Under the pieces are notes generated by a model that saw nothing but the letters and a program-made list of their open reading frames with translations, did not search any database and was not told the DNA's origin. From NCBI GenBank assembly GCA_977030845.1, contig OZ365110.1:25482001-25546000 (forward strand): a stretch of 64,000 bases of DNA, read 5' to 3'. This document shows positions 12,529 to 29,241 of the stretch, in pieces. How positions within the stretch are numbered: the stretch's first letter is position 1; every line of letters begins with the position of its first letter. The DNA comes from Fimbriosthenelais zetlandica (lineage: Eukaryota). The position numbers were made by a program, and so were the translations under genes.

Positions 12529-15500
12529 ATGGCTGCTAACCAAGTAGGTTTAATAGTGTCTTAATTATTATAGCTCTTTCGAAATAAACAGATCTACTGG
12601 GCCTACCATTACCAATGTACTACCATGTTGGCATGTAGCCTTGTTGTAAGTGGTGAGTACTCAGAGTAGGCCTAGATGCCATTTGGGCATATTATTATTA
12701 GCCTATGGCTATGGCTATAATTTAGCCTGTGTGCTAGTACTAGTAGGTAGGCTAGCCTAGTGTAGGCCTAGGTATAGATCACTCAGATTAGATACCGGTA
12801 TCTGAACAGCCTCAGGGATCATGTATCTGATTATGTGTACACTATATTTGTCCACATTACTGTACCGTATACAGTAATGTGGACAAATATATTATAATAA
12901 CTAAATAAGTCCATAACTATAAGATACAAATATTTGGGACTGTCTGGCCATGTTTTATACAGATTTTTTACAAGCACAATTTTACTTAAATTATCCTACT
13001 GTCACTGAGAGTGTTAATTTATAAATGTAGACTGTAGCTAACATGATAAATAAATGCCTACAATAATTAATGTGAAATTCACCTCCCACTCTATAGGCCT
13101 ACCTATACTAATTAAGCCTACTAGGCCTACTAGATATTAACATCTAGCCATCCCACTGTCCCAGAAGACTGACTACTGATTTGCCTTTTTCAGCAACCGT
13201 CCACCTCGGCCACTCCAGCCCAAGAATACACAGTAAGGGTTACTAAGTAAGTACCGTTCGGTAATAAATGAAAGGTATTTCTTTTTCTTCGTTTCTCTAG
13301 CTTAGGCCTCCTCCTCACACTAACCTATGCCAGGATAAATTAAATTAGATGTAGGCCTACTATTGTGGGACTATATATGGCATATACGACTACGTAAAGC
13401 ATTATATGTAATTTATAATACTAGGCCTAGCTAGCTTGTCTGCCTCAAGGCGAGGAATTTGTATTTAAATTTAAGGAAAGAACATGACATAAAATCTTTG
13501 AATAATTCCAGGGACACAAAGAAAAAAGTCAGTATCCTGAAATTTAATCCAGCGAACAACTTTGACTTCACGAAAGTTGCAAAGGTAAGACTATGTCACC
13601 TGATCATAACTGTATGTCTAATCCTGTTACAATAATCACCATGTATTTTATATAGACTTACCGGTACCGTACTAGCATAATTAGACTTCGAATATTACGT
13701 TAATTTAACACATTTGTTTGGTTCCCCTGCCTGACTAGATCATGATGGAGCGTGAAAATAACTACAAAGAGTTTAAACAAGCGTACGATGTTGACACAAT
13801 GCCTAAGTTTGGAGCTGGAAGTGAGTTTGGTCGAGAGGCGAGAGAAGAGGCCAGGAAGAAGAAATATGGGATGAAAACACGGGTTTATGATCCTGAGGAT
13901 CAGCCGTGGTCATTAAAGGCTGGAAATGACAGCAAAAACCTCAGAAAGTGAGTGACATTATAATATTCAGGAAAACAACAATAAAATAAAATTTTTGTTG
14001 TCAATATTAAGTGTCATTATTTATAAGTTTATATGTTCAAATTAAATATCTCCCAATATTATTTCAGATTTAAAGGTATCAAAGAGGGCGGTGTGTTGGA
14101 GAATGCTTCTTATTACATTTTCACACAATGTCCTGATGGGGCGTTTGAAGCGCTTCCAGTAGAAGAATGGTACAACTTTACACCAGTAGCTCGGTACAAG
14201 GTGCTTAATTCTGAGGAAGCAGAGAAAGAGTTTGAGAAGTAAGTACATACATGTATATCTTAACATTAACTCATGGAAAGCGCCTAGTTCTATCCTGACC
14301 CATAATATTTAAAATTGTTCACTATCCATTTCTGTTGCCTATTAAGAGGGGTCAATGTTCATTAATGAGAAGTGGTCACATTTGAATGTTTTACCTAAGA
14401 GTTGGTTAATTAATATCATTCATTTGTTCCAGACGTGAAAAAAATGTCAATTACTTCAATATCATGGTCCGGAAAAGAATGAGAGGGGAAGAGGATGAGC
14501 CAGATGTGGACGAGGATGGGAAGAAAGTCCAGAAAAAGAAATCTAAATCTAAAGACTTCGTAAGTGTTTCCACTTCTAAATTGATGTGCAAAATAAGAAG
14601 CTTGAAGCCAGTTTTATTTTTACCAGAATCCTGGGAAAATCACAGGAATAGTAGTGGTTATGTTAAGACAAATAAATATTATTTCCCCAGGATTTAATAT
14701 TTATAATCCTGGATATATTAATCTAATTGTATTGACTAATTTAGATGTTGACGGAACTTGATGAATGGGCTATTCTCAGTGACGACTCAGAAGGAAGTGA
14801 CAATAGTGAGGAAGGTAAGTGAATCACACCAAATTGTATTCAATTTTTTTTTTCAATATAAATGCACCAGATGGGAATATCCAAATCACTTCTTTTACTT
14901 GTAGAAGAAAAGAAACCGAAGAAGAAGGAGAAAAAGAAAAAGAAGCCAACGAAGAAGAAATCCAAGGCTAACTCTGATGATGAAGCATTAGAAGATAGTG
15001 ATGATTTTGATGAGGGCAAGGAGGTAGACTACATGACTAGTTCAGACAGGTAAACAACTGTTAATATTTCACGCAAGAAGCTGAAAGTATCACTAGTGAT
15101 CTCCCATCAAGAATTTGCAAGTCAGAAAATCATTGAAAATCAATTTATGAATTGGGATGAAACATATAATATAGGGGGTTTATTGTAATTGTATTCGCAA
15201 TTGTATTCCGAGCTGGTTCTCAATTATAGGTATTTCCTGCAGGACGTTATAAATATTGTAACGCTATTCTGTTTCAGTGAAGATGATGTGATGTTTAAAG
15301 AGGAGGGTAAAGTTACATCAGATAAATACGAGGAGAAGGGGGTAGTGGAGGAGGATGGACTCCGTGGACTCATCGACTCCGAGGACGAGGAGAAAGAAGA
15401 AGAAAACAAGGAGGGAGAGGAAGACAAGGAGGAAGAGGATCCAAATAAACCCAAAAACAGCAAGAAAGAAGGCAAGTTCCTCGATTTGTCTAATTTTAGT

Positions 15501-16747
15501 AAGGTAATTTTAAATGTCAAAAGTTTGTCAAAAATGAGGAAAGTTTTTTTGGTCGTTTTATTCTTAAAAAATAATTGGAATACATTCTTTGTTTTTGACC
15601 CATGTGACCAAAATATGAATTCATTGTTTTAAAACCATAGTTTCATTTAATTATAGATATTGAATATATTGATACAAAACCATGATATAAAATATTGCTA
15701 TGTGTTAAATTATATTTCTAAATCTAGGATCTGATAGTGAATCCAGTTCAAGTTCTGGTTCAGACTCGGACGTGGAGAAGGCAGAAAAGGACGGTAGCTT
15801 TGCTTCGGCATTATTCTTGGCTAAAGCCAAGAATGTAAAGAAGAGTAAAAGTAACGAGAGTACGCCCACCTCCAGCCGCTCAGGCACGCCAACATTGCGC
15901 GACGAGGAGAAAGGTATGCTTATTTTTCTTATAAAATTTCATGGAAGTTTTCATAGAACCATGTTATGGTTGATAGCTCATGCAGGCCCTTGATCCTCAA
16001 TTTCTGTGTCACAGATATGTCTCTTACATAGCTCTGAGACTGAACTGCTAACCTTTCAATCATTGGCGCTCTAACCAATTAACTTAACTCCCCTCCCTAA
16101 GAATCAACCCATAAAAGATCCTTCACCCATTAGATCATGAATTAATGTCTGTTAATTACACTCTGTAGGTAAGAAGAGGAAAGGCCCAGTTGGAGATACA
16201 GATTCACCGATGGCGAAGAAGACGAGAGTATCTACCCCCACACCCGGTACTACCTCCACACCCTCTGGTGCTTCTAGGTAAGTAAATGTTTCCTTACAAA
16301 TTTATGTCCTTTAGGGTTAGTAGGCGGTACAAATTGTGCATAACCTTTTAAATCTGATAATTTTTATTAAGCTGTTGGTCAAGCTACTAATTTTAAAATA
16401 TGCGGAATTTAGGAAAGAGAGCAAATAAATAAATCGAATTATTTATTTGCCCATACAAAATACCTAAAATTGTTGTTTGTGATATTGCGGCTTGCCTAAG
16501 AAAGTTGATCAGTTTACATATCGTCCCTTGTTTAATTATTTTCAGTGACGGCATTAATGACGAAACTGTGAGAAGATACTTGATGAGGAAACCAATGACA
16601 ACCAAGGAACTGTTAATCAAGTTTAAACACACAGGTCTCAGTAAAGAACAGCGAGTCACGACACTAGCTCAGATCCTTAAAAGACTAAACCCTGACAAGA
16701 AAAAGATTAAAGACCAATTATATCTATCACTCAAGAAACCTGAATAA
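12529..16747 (+). CDS. GTF2F1: General transcription factor IIF subunit 1 (RAP74); exons 12529-12543, 13194-13246, 13512-13584, 13739-13947, 14068-14238, 14433-14559, 14745-14814, 14905-15049, 15278-15471, 15728-15913, 16169-16277, 16546-16747
   Basis: Contains QEYTVRV, MPKFGAGSEFGREAREEARKKKYG, FKGIKEGGVLENASYYIF, FEALPVEEWYNF, an acidic/basic linker and the C-terminal winged helix VRRYLMRKPMTTKELL. One intron is GC-AG. Confidence 0.95.
16030..16095 (-). mobile_element. Degenerate tRNA-derived SINE-like head in a GTF2F1 intron
   Basis: The minus strand reads GGAGTTAAGTTAATTGGTTAGAGCG...AGCAGTTCAGTCTC, resembling Pol III A and B boxes. No intact cloverleaf forms. Confidence 0.35.
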
Positions 16748-17605
16748 CGCATGGAGCCCGAATAATCTTAATTTGTCATTGTATTTACTCGTATAATTTA
16801 TTCTTCTTGAATAACGAGAAATTAGAAAGGAATTAAGTTGGACACCTGTATATAGATCTATACATGTATATATCGTCATCAATAAGATCATCTTTATTCA
16901 AAATAATAAGAAAGGTATAAACATAAGTGTAATCTTTTAAATTTTATTTAAACCTAAATATTTATCGTTTAGATACATTTTAAGGACATTTGGGAACAAT
17001 TAACGAAGTAAATTTAGTCCATTCTTCACAATATTCCACCAATATTCATAAAGAATATTCAAATATGAGAAAAAAAACATATAAAGAAGTTTCAATATAC
17101 ATTTAGTTCTATATAGTAATATTTCCTTAACTCCCATTCCATGCGTATGTACTATCCATTGATTCTTATTAAATATTTTATAAATGTATCACAGGCATAA
17201 ATAAATAATTGAATGTCATATTTGTAATGAAAAATAAAATAAACTTTGTGAATAGAGATAACCAGTCGTGCTTTGAAAATATGCATGACATTGAATGTCA
17301 AACAATAAGATAACGTTAATCTCAACAAAAATCTCCATGGAATTAGAGAAAGTTAACAGACAACAGAAAGGGCAGAAATCTAACAGACAACAGTTTTTGG
17401 TCCTGCTCTGATGAACAGTTTACCTCATGGAGATAACATTTTGCAAAAATATTCCGGTTTCCTGTGGGATTTATTATCCAAATATGAGTGTCTATATTCT
17501 GAGCGTTCATTATTGTTGTTCGGTATAAGAAGTAGGGGAATTTCCTGCCTTTATTCACCGTCGGTCGGGTTATTCTTTCCGCTACAGAAAGTATCTTGTA
17601 ATGAT

Positions 17606-20155
17606 TTAACGCCGGTTGGTTTGTTCAATCAGCCATTGTATACCTTGTTGTACGCCAGCGAGTGAATCAACTACACAATCATGTACCTGTAAATAAGAGT
17701 CAATGCTCATCATTACTCATGACAGATCCTGTGATTCATATGAACGAAATATTATAACAATAGTATGTACAAAAAGCTGATGAACCACTATAAAAGTAGG
17801 AGCCTTTACAAATACGATACCTACCTGCCAGGGTCGGTTAAGTTTTCCTAATTGGAGTTCATTTACTATAGTAATACATGATACTCGGGCATCTCTGTAC
17901 TCGGGTACACAGGATAGTACAAGGAGAGGTGTAGTGGGTGTGGCCCACTTCTCCATGGCCATCAGTTCAGACCGTCCGTGCTTTACTACAAAACGAAAGA
18001 CAAGTCTGTTAATACATGTATATTTATTTAAATTGTTTCCACCAATATATATGGATAATTTCTACTCCGCAGATATAATCTGCATTTCATTTCAATGTGG
18101 ATCAGACTCACTGCTTTCTTCCTTTTGGTTAGCATCGATGACAAATATTAAGCCATCCAGTGTTTGACAGAGGTTTTTGATGGGGTCACTGAGTTCAAAC
18201 TCGGGCTCTGCTCCTTCAGCCTCACCATTCTGAGGTCGGGACACATGGAGACGACTGTGCTGTAGTCTGTGGGCCTGGGGACGATTCTCTCTCTCATGAC
18301 GAGTACTAGTGTACAGAGTTACTAGGTTAAATAGTAAGCTGGATGAAGTGATCTTCATCGTGAATCCTGAACCAACTCCTGTCAAATATTAAATCAAAAC
18401 TTACATTAAAATCTGCTAGACAAATATATGGCATCAGGTAAGAATATATATCTGATTAAGAGATCACAAATCCGAGTATCATTTGAAATGACCAAATGAA
18501 ATTGGACCCATAATAGTACCCGGAACCGTATATAAAATCTAAGGTTGGTACTGAGCCAAAATGAAAGACGTCACAAAATCAATGAAATTATAACTTACCA
18601 TCAAACTGTCCAGGGAACATCCCCGTGGCCTCAAACATTCCTGTTTTTTGTTCTATTATTTTACGTGTGATGCCACTGTTTTCTGATTCCAAGCCTGGCC
18701 CAAACATAGCTACACGGGGAGTCTTCCTAGGCCAGAGCGACCTGAGGATGGTGGATAGCTGATGAAAATTGATATTTTGTTGACGAATTAATCTGTTCAC
18801 TTCGGGTGAACATCTTAAATATCTGAAAAAGGGATGAATGCAAATATGAACAGCAAATTCTACAGACACCCGGTGAAATTTCGCAATTTATTTATTTTTA
18901 TATCCTATAAAAAATAATTGTATTAAAATATCTCTGTTTTTTAAGATTGATATTTGTGGAGGTGTTAAATAATCAGTTATTCAGTAGTCAAGATATAAAA
19001 TAAAAAGTAAAAAGAAAATAATTCATGTACGGTACCGGTATAAAAAAACTGTCGGTCTAACTTACATGTCTTTGTAACACCAATCTGATTGGCATTCCTC
19101 GTACATTGATGGGTTTGTGTTGTGTCCAATAACATGCCACTTTTTACAGTCCACTTGTAACTGATGCTTCCAAAGTAAATCATCAGAACTAAGCATCAAC
19201 CAATGACGACTAACTGTTGCTACCCGGCATAGATCAGAGGCGTTGAGGAAGGAGAAGATGTGAAGTTGCAAACTATCCTGTAAAATAAAAAATAGCAATT
19301 CCATCAGAAAAAAATATCAGAATCGATATGCATGTATAGCCTATTTCTGAACTTGATTTTCATCAATATTATTCACTGCAAAATATATATTCCATTAGCC
19401 TTACGGTACCTAATTGAACAATCCTTGGTGTGGGTAGAGGCCTATAAGCTAGGCGTATTGTAGATTTTTTTTAATTTCATGCATTTTTTAAACATTACTT
19501 TCATTTTTATCTCAGAGGAACTTAGAGGTAAATGATAAGGAAAACTGGTAGGCTTACTTACAGGTAGGTCATGGAATGTTGTGATGTCACTGTCTTTTCC
19601 TTTTCTTGGTTGTTCCGTCTCCACTCTAAATTTGTCCCTATTTCTAATAAGATATTGTTGGAATCCGCCAGAGATAACAAGTCCATCTTCGATCCCCGTC
19701 TCGTCTGTACCCTGTATATCTTTGTACATCTTTAAAATATGGCTAATTTCCGAGGTGAGAAATTGAAAATTGGTCCTACAATTTAAATGTCCTTGATTTG
19801 AATCGTCATATCCTTCTGTTTCAGTCTTAGAAGCTGTGCTGCAAATACTACAATTTAATGCAGAGTTTGGGCATCTTTCATACGGAAAATCTTTGGAATG
19901 TTCACTGCAGCTTGCACAATTATCACAGTCATTGTTGGATCCTGAAACTGGAGAAACACGAAAGGAATCAGTCCTGGTTAAAATTGTAGGTCTAAAATTT
20001 TGAGGGCCGTCCTCGCACCTGTCAAAACCAAGAGTGGAGGGTTGGGCTTCAGACCCAAATGTGTATTGAAGTAAAACATCCATGAATACTAAAATGACCA
20101 AAGCCAAAATGTCTCCAGGAGTTAAAATTGTGATTTACCTGTTTTCTTGCTTCAT
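17606..20155 (-). CDS. FBXO4: F-box only protein 4; exons 20155-20139, 20018-19562, 19277-19066, 18822-18599, 18378-18112, 17985-17825, 17686-17606
   Basis: F-box FHDLPDSLQLHIFSFLNASDLCRV...DDLLWK, followed by YLRCSPE, PRVAMFGPGLE, FNLVTLY, DGLIFVIDA, PLLVLSC, LNRPWQV and QGIQWLIEQ, matching the FBXO4 GTPase-like fold. Confidence 0.9.
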
Positions 20156-20253
20156 CCTTGCTTATATACATGGCGTGTTAACGATGACTGAAGGCTGGAA
20201 ACATTGACGTGGAGTGATCCAACGTGGCTGAAATTACAGATGTAAACAGAGAA

Positions 20254-20316
20254 ACGTCACTTCCTGCCTATGACCTCCGGAAGCGGAAGTTCTCCTTTGA
20301 CCTCTTCTTCTCTTAC
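20254..20316. promoter_or_regulatory. Very compact FBXO4/RPL37 bidirectional promoter with ETS sites and a TCT/5'TOP pyrimidine tract
   Basis: ACGTCACTTCCTG (ETS-CRE on the minus strand), tandem CCGGAAGCGGAAGT, then TCTCCTTTGACCTCTTCTTCTCTT just before the RPL37 ATG. Confidence 0.65.
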
Positions 20317-20328
20317 CAAGCCGTCAAA

Positions 20329-22098
20329 ATGGTGGGTACTCGACCTCCACATATTTTCATCCCCTTCCATCTAACTATTATAACCTGTTAAAGGGTGAAG
20401 TAATACACATATTTACACACGTAAAGATATAACCTATTGAGATCGGGCCTTAGTTTGTCGTCTTAATTCGTAACTTTCTAGGAAAATGGTAAGGAAATGA
20501 GGGTGTCCCCATGCTGAGAATGTATGTGGGCGATGATAGGGGTTTGGGCGAAATACTGTTGAAATTCCAGATAATCTGTAGGGAAATTCAATTTAATGTG
20601 TACCTTTTCTATATTCTGACGTACTTTGTGCTTCAATTTTCTTGTCAACTTGAATTATTGCTCAGAAATGGTCAGTTTTAAAAGTGTGTTTACATCTTGA
20701 TTCTTGTTGACAGATCATGGCCATGCCCATGGTGCTGGTTATCTGAAGATGGAGTTTCTGGATGTCTGACGTACTTTCTCCTCAATATCCACCGACTTCG
20801 CACCCGGTATTTTTTTGTGTCTATATTAAATGCTTTATTTTTACTTTCCAGACGAAGGGAACATCTAGCTTTGGTAAGCGGCACAACAAAACCCACACCG
20901 TCTGCCGCCGGTGTGGAGGACGTTGTTACCATATCCAGAAGTCCACCTGCTCTCGCTGTGGCTATCCATCTCCTAAAATGAGGAAATGTAAGTAACCTGT
21001 CTTATTTAATTTTTGTACCTTGATAAAAGTGCCCTTTGGTTGTGTGTTCTGAAGGTTTGACGTGTCGTTGTTAACTGCTAAACTGGAAATGCATGGTTTG
21101 AAGAGTCCCTGTCGGGCTGCCCAATAATTAATAGGCAATAGGTAGAATACATGTTACGTTCAGCCTGTAAACGTTTAGAAAAGGCAAAAGCTTGTATAAT
21201 AAATATGGGTTAACCGTTTTTATTTTTTAATTGTCGGCTGAAGTCGGCATGATTGCCATGAACATTTTAACATGCGCATCGGCATCCTGGACTATATTTA
21301 ATACTAATTCATAGCAGTAATGTAAGATGTCAGTGATGTCAGGCAGTGTCCAGAAAAATGTCTTCAAATATTTATATTTAAACCGTAAAATCTGTCCTGA
21401 ATGTAGCCAGTATATCCTGAATGATGCCCGACTAGGTAAGGTCGGTTCGAGATTTGTGTGGTTGCCAGACTAGCAATAGAATACAAAACGACCTAATACA
21501 GTATATCACTATTACCGATTTGCTTGCCCTATACGTCAACTTAGCACTTTTTCAGTACCTGGCCCAAATAAATTATTACCCCCTTTGTGAAACAGAACAT
21601 TTTTTGCATTCTCTGAAAATTTTTCATTTTTCAGACAACTGGAGTGAAAAGGCGTGCAGGAGGAGGACCCAAGGTGTGGGCCGCATGCGTCATCTTAAGA
21701 AAGTTTTCAGGAGATTCAGGTAAGCGTCGTCTAAAATTGATTAATCCCAGGAACTAATAATAATTGTAATATGTAATAGTTCATTTATATAGCGCAAGTA
21801 TCTTAATAATAATAAGTAACTAATAATAATTGTAAAAGACTGAATAGATACATGGTTTAGCACAGCTACATGAATTTATCTCGAACGTGTATGAATATTT
21901 AGTAAGGCCGAACTTTTAAAGTCGCTAAAGTAAAACTATTAAGTGCTGTCTATTTACCGGTATATATACAACACATTCCTACCTCTCACTAATGTAAATC
22001 TAAAAATCTTTTACAGAAATGGATTCCGTGAGGGAACACAGGCCAAGCCTAGGAGGAGAGTAGCTGCTGCCACCTCCACCGCTGTTGCCACTAAATAG
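20329..22098 (+). CDS. RPL37: 60S ribosomal protein L37; exons 20329-20331, 20852-20987, 21635-21719, 22017-22098
   Basis: [40 protein letters not shown]...[36 protein letters not shown], with an ATG-only first coding exon. Confidence 0.97.
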
Positions 22099-24082
22099 AC
22101 CGTTTAAACGAAAGATGCAAAGTGCTGTACAAAAGAATAAATTCCCTCAAACAAAAAAAAAATCGTCTTTTCATTTTATGCTACGATATGGCAAAATGAG
22201 AAAGCATTTGTATTTTGAACTAAATGGTACACTGCGCAACGATATTTCAATGAAGATCAAATAGCACAATCAGTCGGTATAGCTTTATTTTGTATAATCG
22301 TTAGTAGGTAAATAATATTTACATGGGTTTACATGGACTGTACAGCAAAGAAGTTTTCTACAAAATATTCTTCCTACACTACTAAATAAGAGGATCTATT
22401 ATTTAAAAACTTTACCTACATAAAGCAACTGGTTACAATCCGTGTAATAAGTGCATGTCAAATCGGAAGCAAGGATAATTTTGCCGAATTTACCGACATA
22501 ATTCATGATCCTAATTCTTCAAAACAAGGCAGCATAGTGTAATATTCTAATGATTAGCAAGACGTGTATATAGTAAAAACTCATCAGTGAACACCACTGA
22601 TTAGTGAACTTTCTTTAGGTGTCGACTGGTGTATATATATACGACCCCCTCCGATAAGAGAACACCTCCATGAATTAGATTGAATATCTGTCCCCAAAGG
22701 GTTCTATTTCACTATACGGAGATTTTACTTTACCTTCTTCATTGCACATTCAATCACATGCATAGCGATGCTAACATTTCTACTACTCTCAAATCAACGA
22801 ATTCAATTTACTTTATAGGGCTTACATTAAAATGAACCGAAACCAATAATGCAACAGTGAACAAAATTGTTTGATATAGCCGAGACAGCTTAGTATGCAT
22901 TCACTTTTAAATTTTGAACAAAACAAAATCCGTCAGGGAAAAAAACTTCTCAAGTCAAGTATTCGACTTAATAACTTCAAAACACGCGATTTTTTCAATT
23001 AGTTAATCAGTCAATTTAACCGCATGGTCGCGTGCTCCCTAAACCTACGGTAACCTAAACATTCAAGACAGTGTATTAACACTACTAGTGTATGTACAGG
23101 GGGATTGGGGAATAACATGGCACTGTATATATCGGTATATCTATATTACCGTATGTATGGGGATAGTCATGTATGATTCTAACAACAAAACGTGGAAATA
23201 ATACTGTGTACAAGGAATCAACACCTCACATACAATAAATTCATAATGAGTACATCACAGATGGTTCTCTTAATTACAAAAAAAATGTTATATGAATATT
23301 TCCACTTTCTCTCCAGGCAAATTACGAGTATTCCTACTTGAACTATAACGAGAAGGTACTCTTACAGTTGGAAAAAAGTACTCATACGGTTTCACAATTA
23401 AATCCTTATCGGATATATATTAAATGAGTTTCATTTTGGGGCAGTTACATGAAAAACATTATTCGAACTTTAAAATTAGGAATTTCTGGTACTTCATGAT
23501 GTCATAGGCATATATCCAATAGCCAGCCCTAAAACAGTAGGCCTACCATTCACCAAAACAAAATCCGGATAAATTGTATCCAAGAATAAATTGAAACTGG
23601 ATAAAGGGAATTAGAACAATGTATGGCAAACCTTTGAAGATATTTAATACATACCGTATTTACTTTTGTAAAGCCTTCACTTTTTCTTAGTGCCCTTGCT
23701 ACACTGCCCTCTGACAATATAATTTTCATGTATATCAAAACCTGTTGACGGATTACATTAGATTATATATGAAATTAAGAAAATTGTACGGTTTTATGGA
23801 ACATCATTACTTAGAAACTTCTAACAAATGCAGAATCAAATACTTATTTATCAGTATTTATTACAAAACTGTTTTAGAAAATGTCCCCCTTTCAAAATAC
23901 TGGGCAGTTGATTGACCAAATGATTGACTTACAAAGTATGCCTCTCTTTGTGCTCTTCGGTTTTGAATAACATTTGTAGTGCTTTTTGGAGTGAGAGGTA
24001 AACCAGCCCTGGTTTTTACACAATGTAGATGTGGTGTAGAACTAGTCCGGGCGTATAAATTGTCAGGTTTGGTACACACCTC

Positions 24083-28879
<4,797 letters not shown>

Positions 28880-29241
28880 CTAGGATCCTACTGATAAATG
28901 TAGATTCCTTTCGGTGCCTCGAGTTGTCAATGGCTGTATATGAATTAAACGCCAAGCAAATTTTGGATTGTGAAGTTTTTTGGGATGAGAATCTGGCAGG
29001 AAAACAACATGGTGTCAGAGCTCGGAAACACTCGGTTATTTCCGTCAAGGTGAAACATTTTTATGACACCGCTTCCCATTGGCTGCCATTAGAGGCGCTG
29101 TCCCATTCGGCAGCCAACCAGCAGTCTTGTAAGATTCCGTCACGGCAGAACATCAACAACAAGCATGGAGTGAGCGATAAAAAGGGGCAGCTGGAAAAAG
29201 GTGGTCGACTGGTCTTTTGATAAGTTTCGTTGTTTGTTGCC

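Noticed and set aside
20019-20107. Hydrophobic signal-peptide-like start (MALVILVFMDVLL) of ORF 19442-20107
   Set aside because: It lies in FBXO4 intron 1; the true exon starts at the AG acceptor at 20018.
20520-21640. Possible snoRNAs in RPL37 introns (repeated TCTGACGTACTTT, GTGATGT)
   Set aside because: I could not find a full C/D set with a terminal stem and rRNA guide, nor clear H/ACA boxes.
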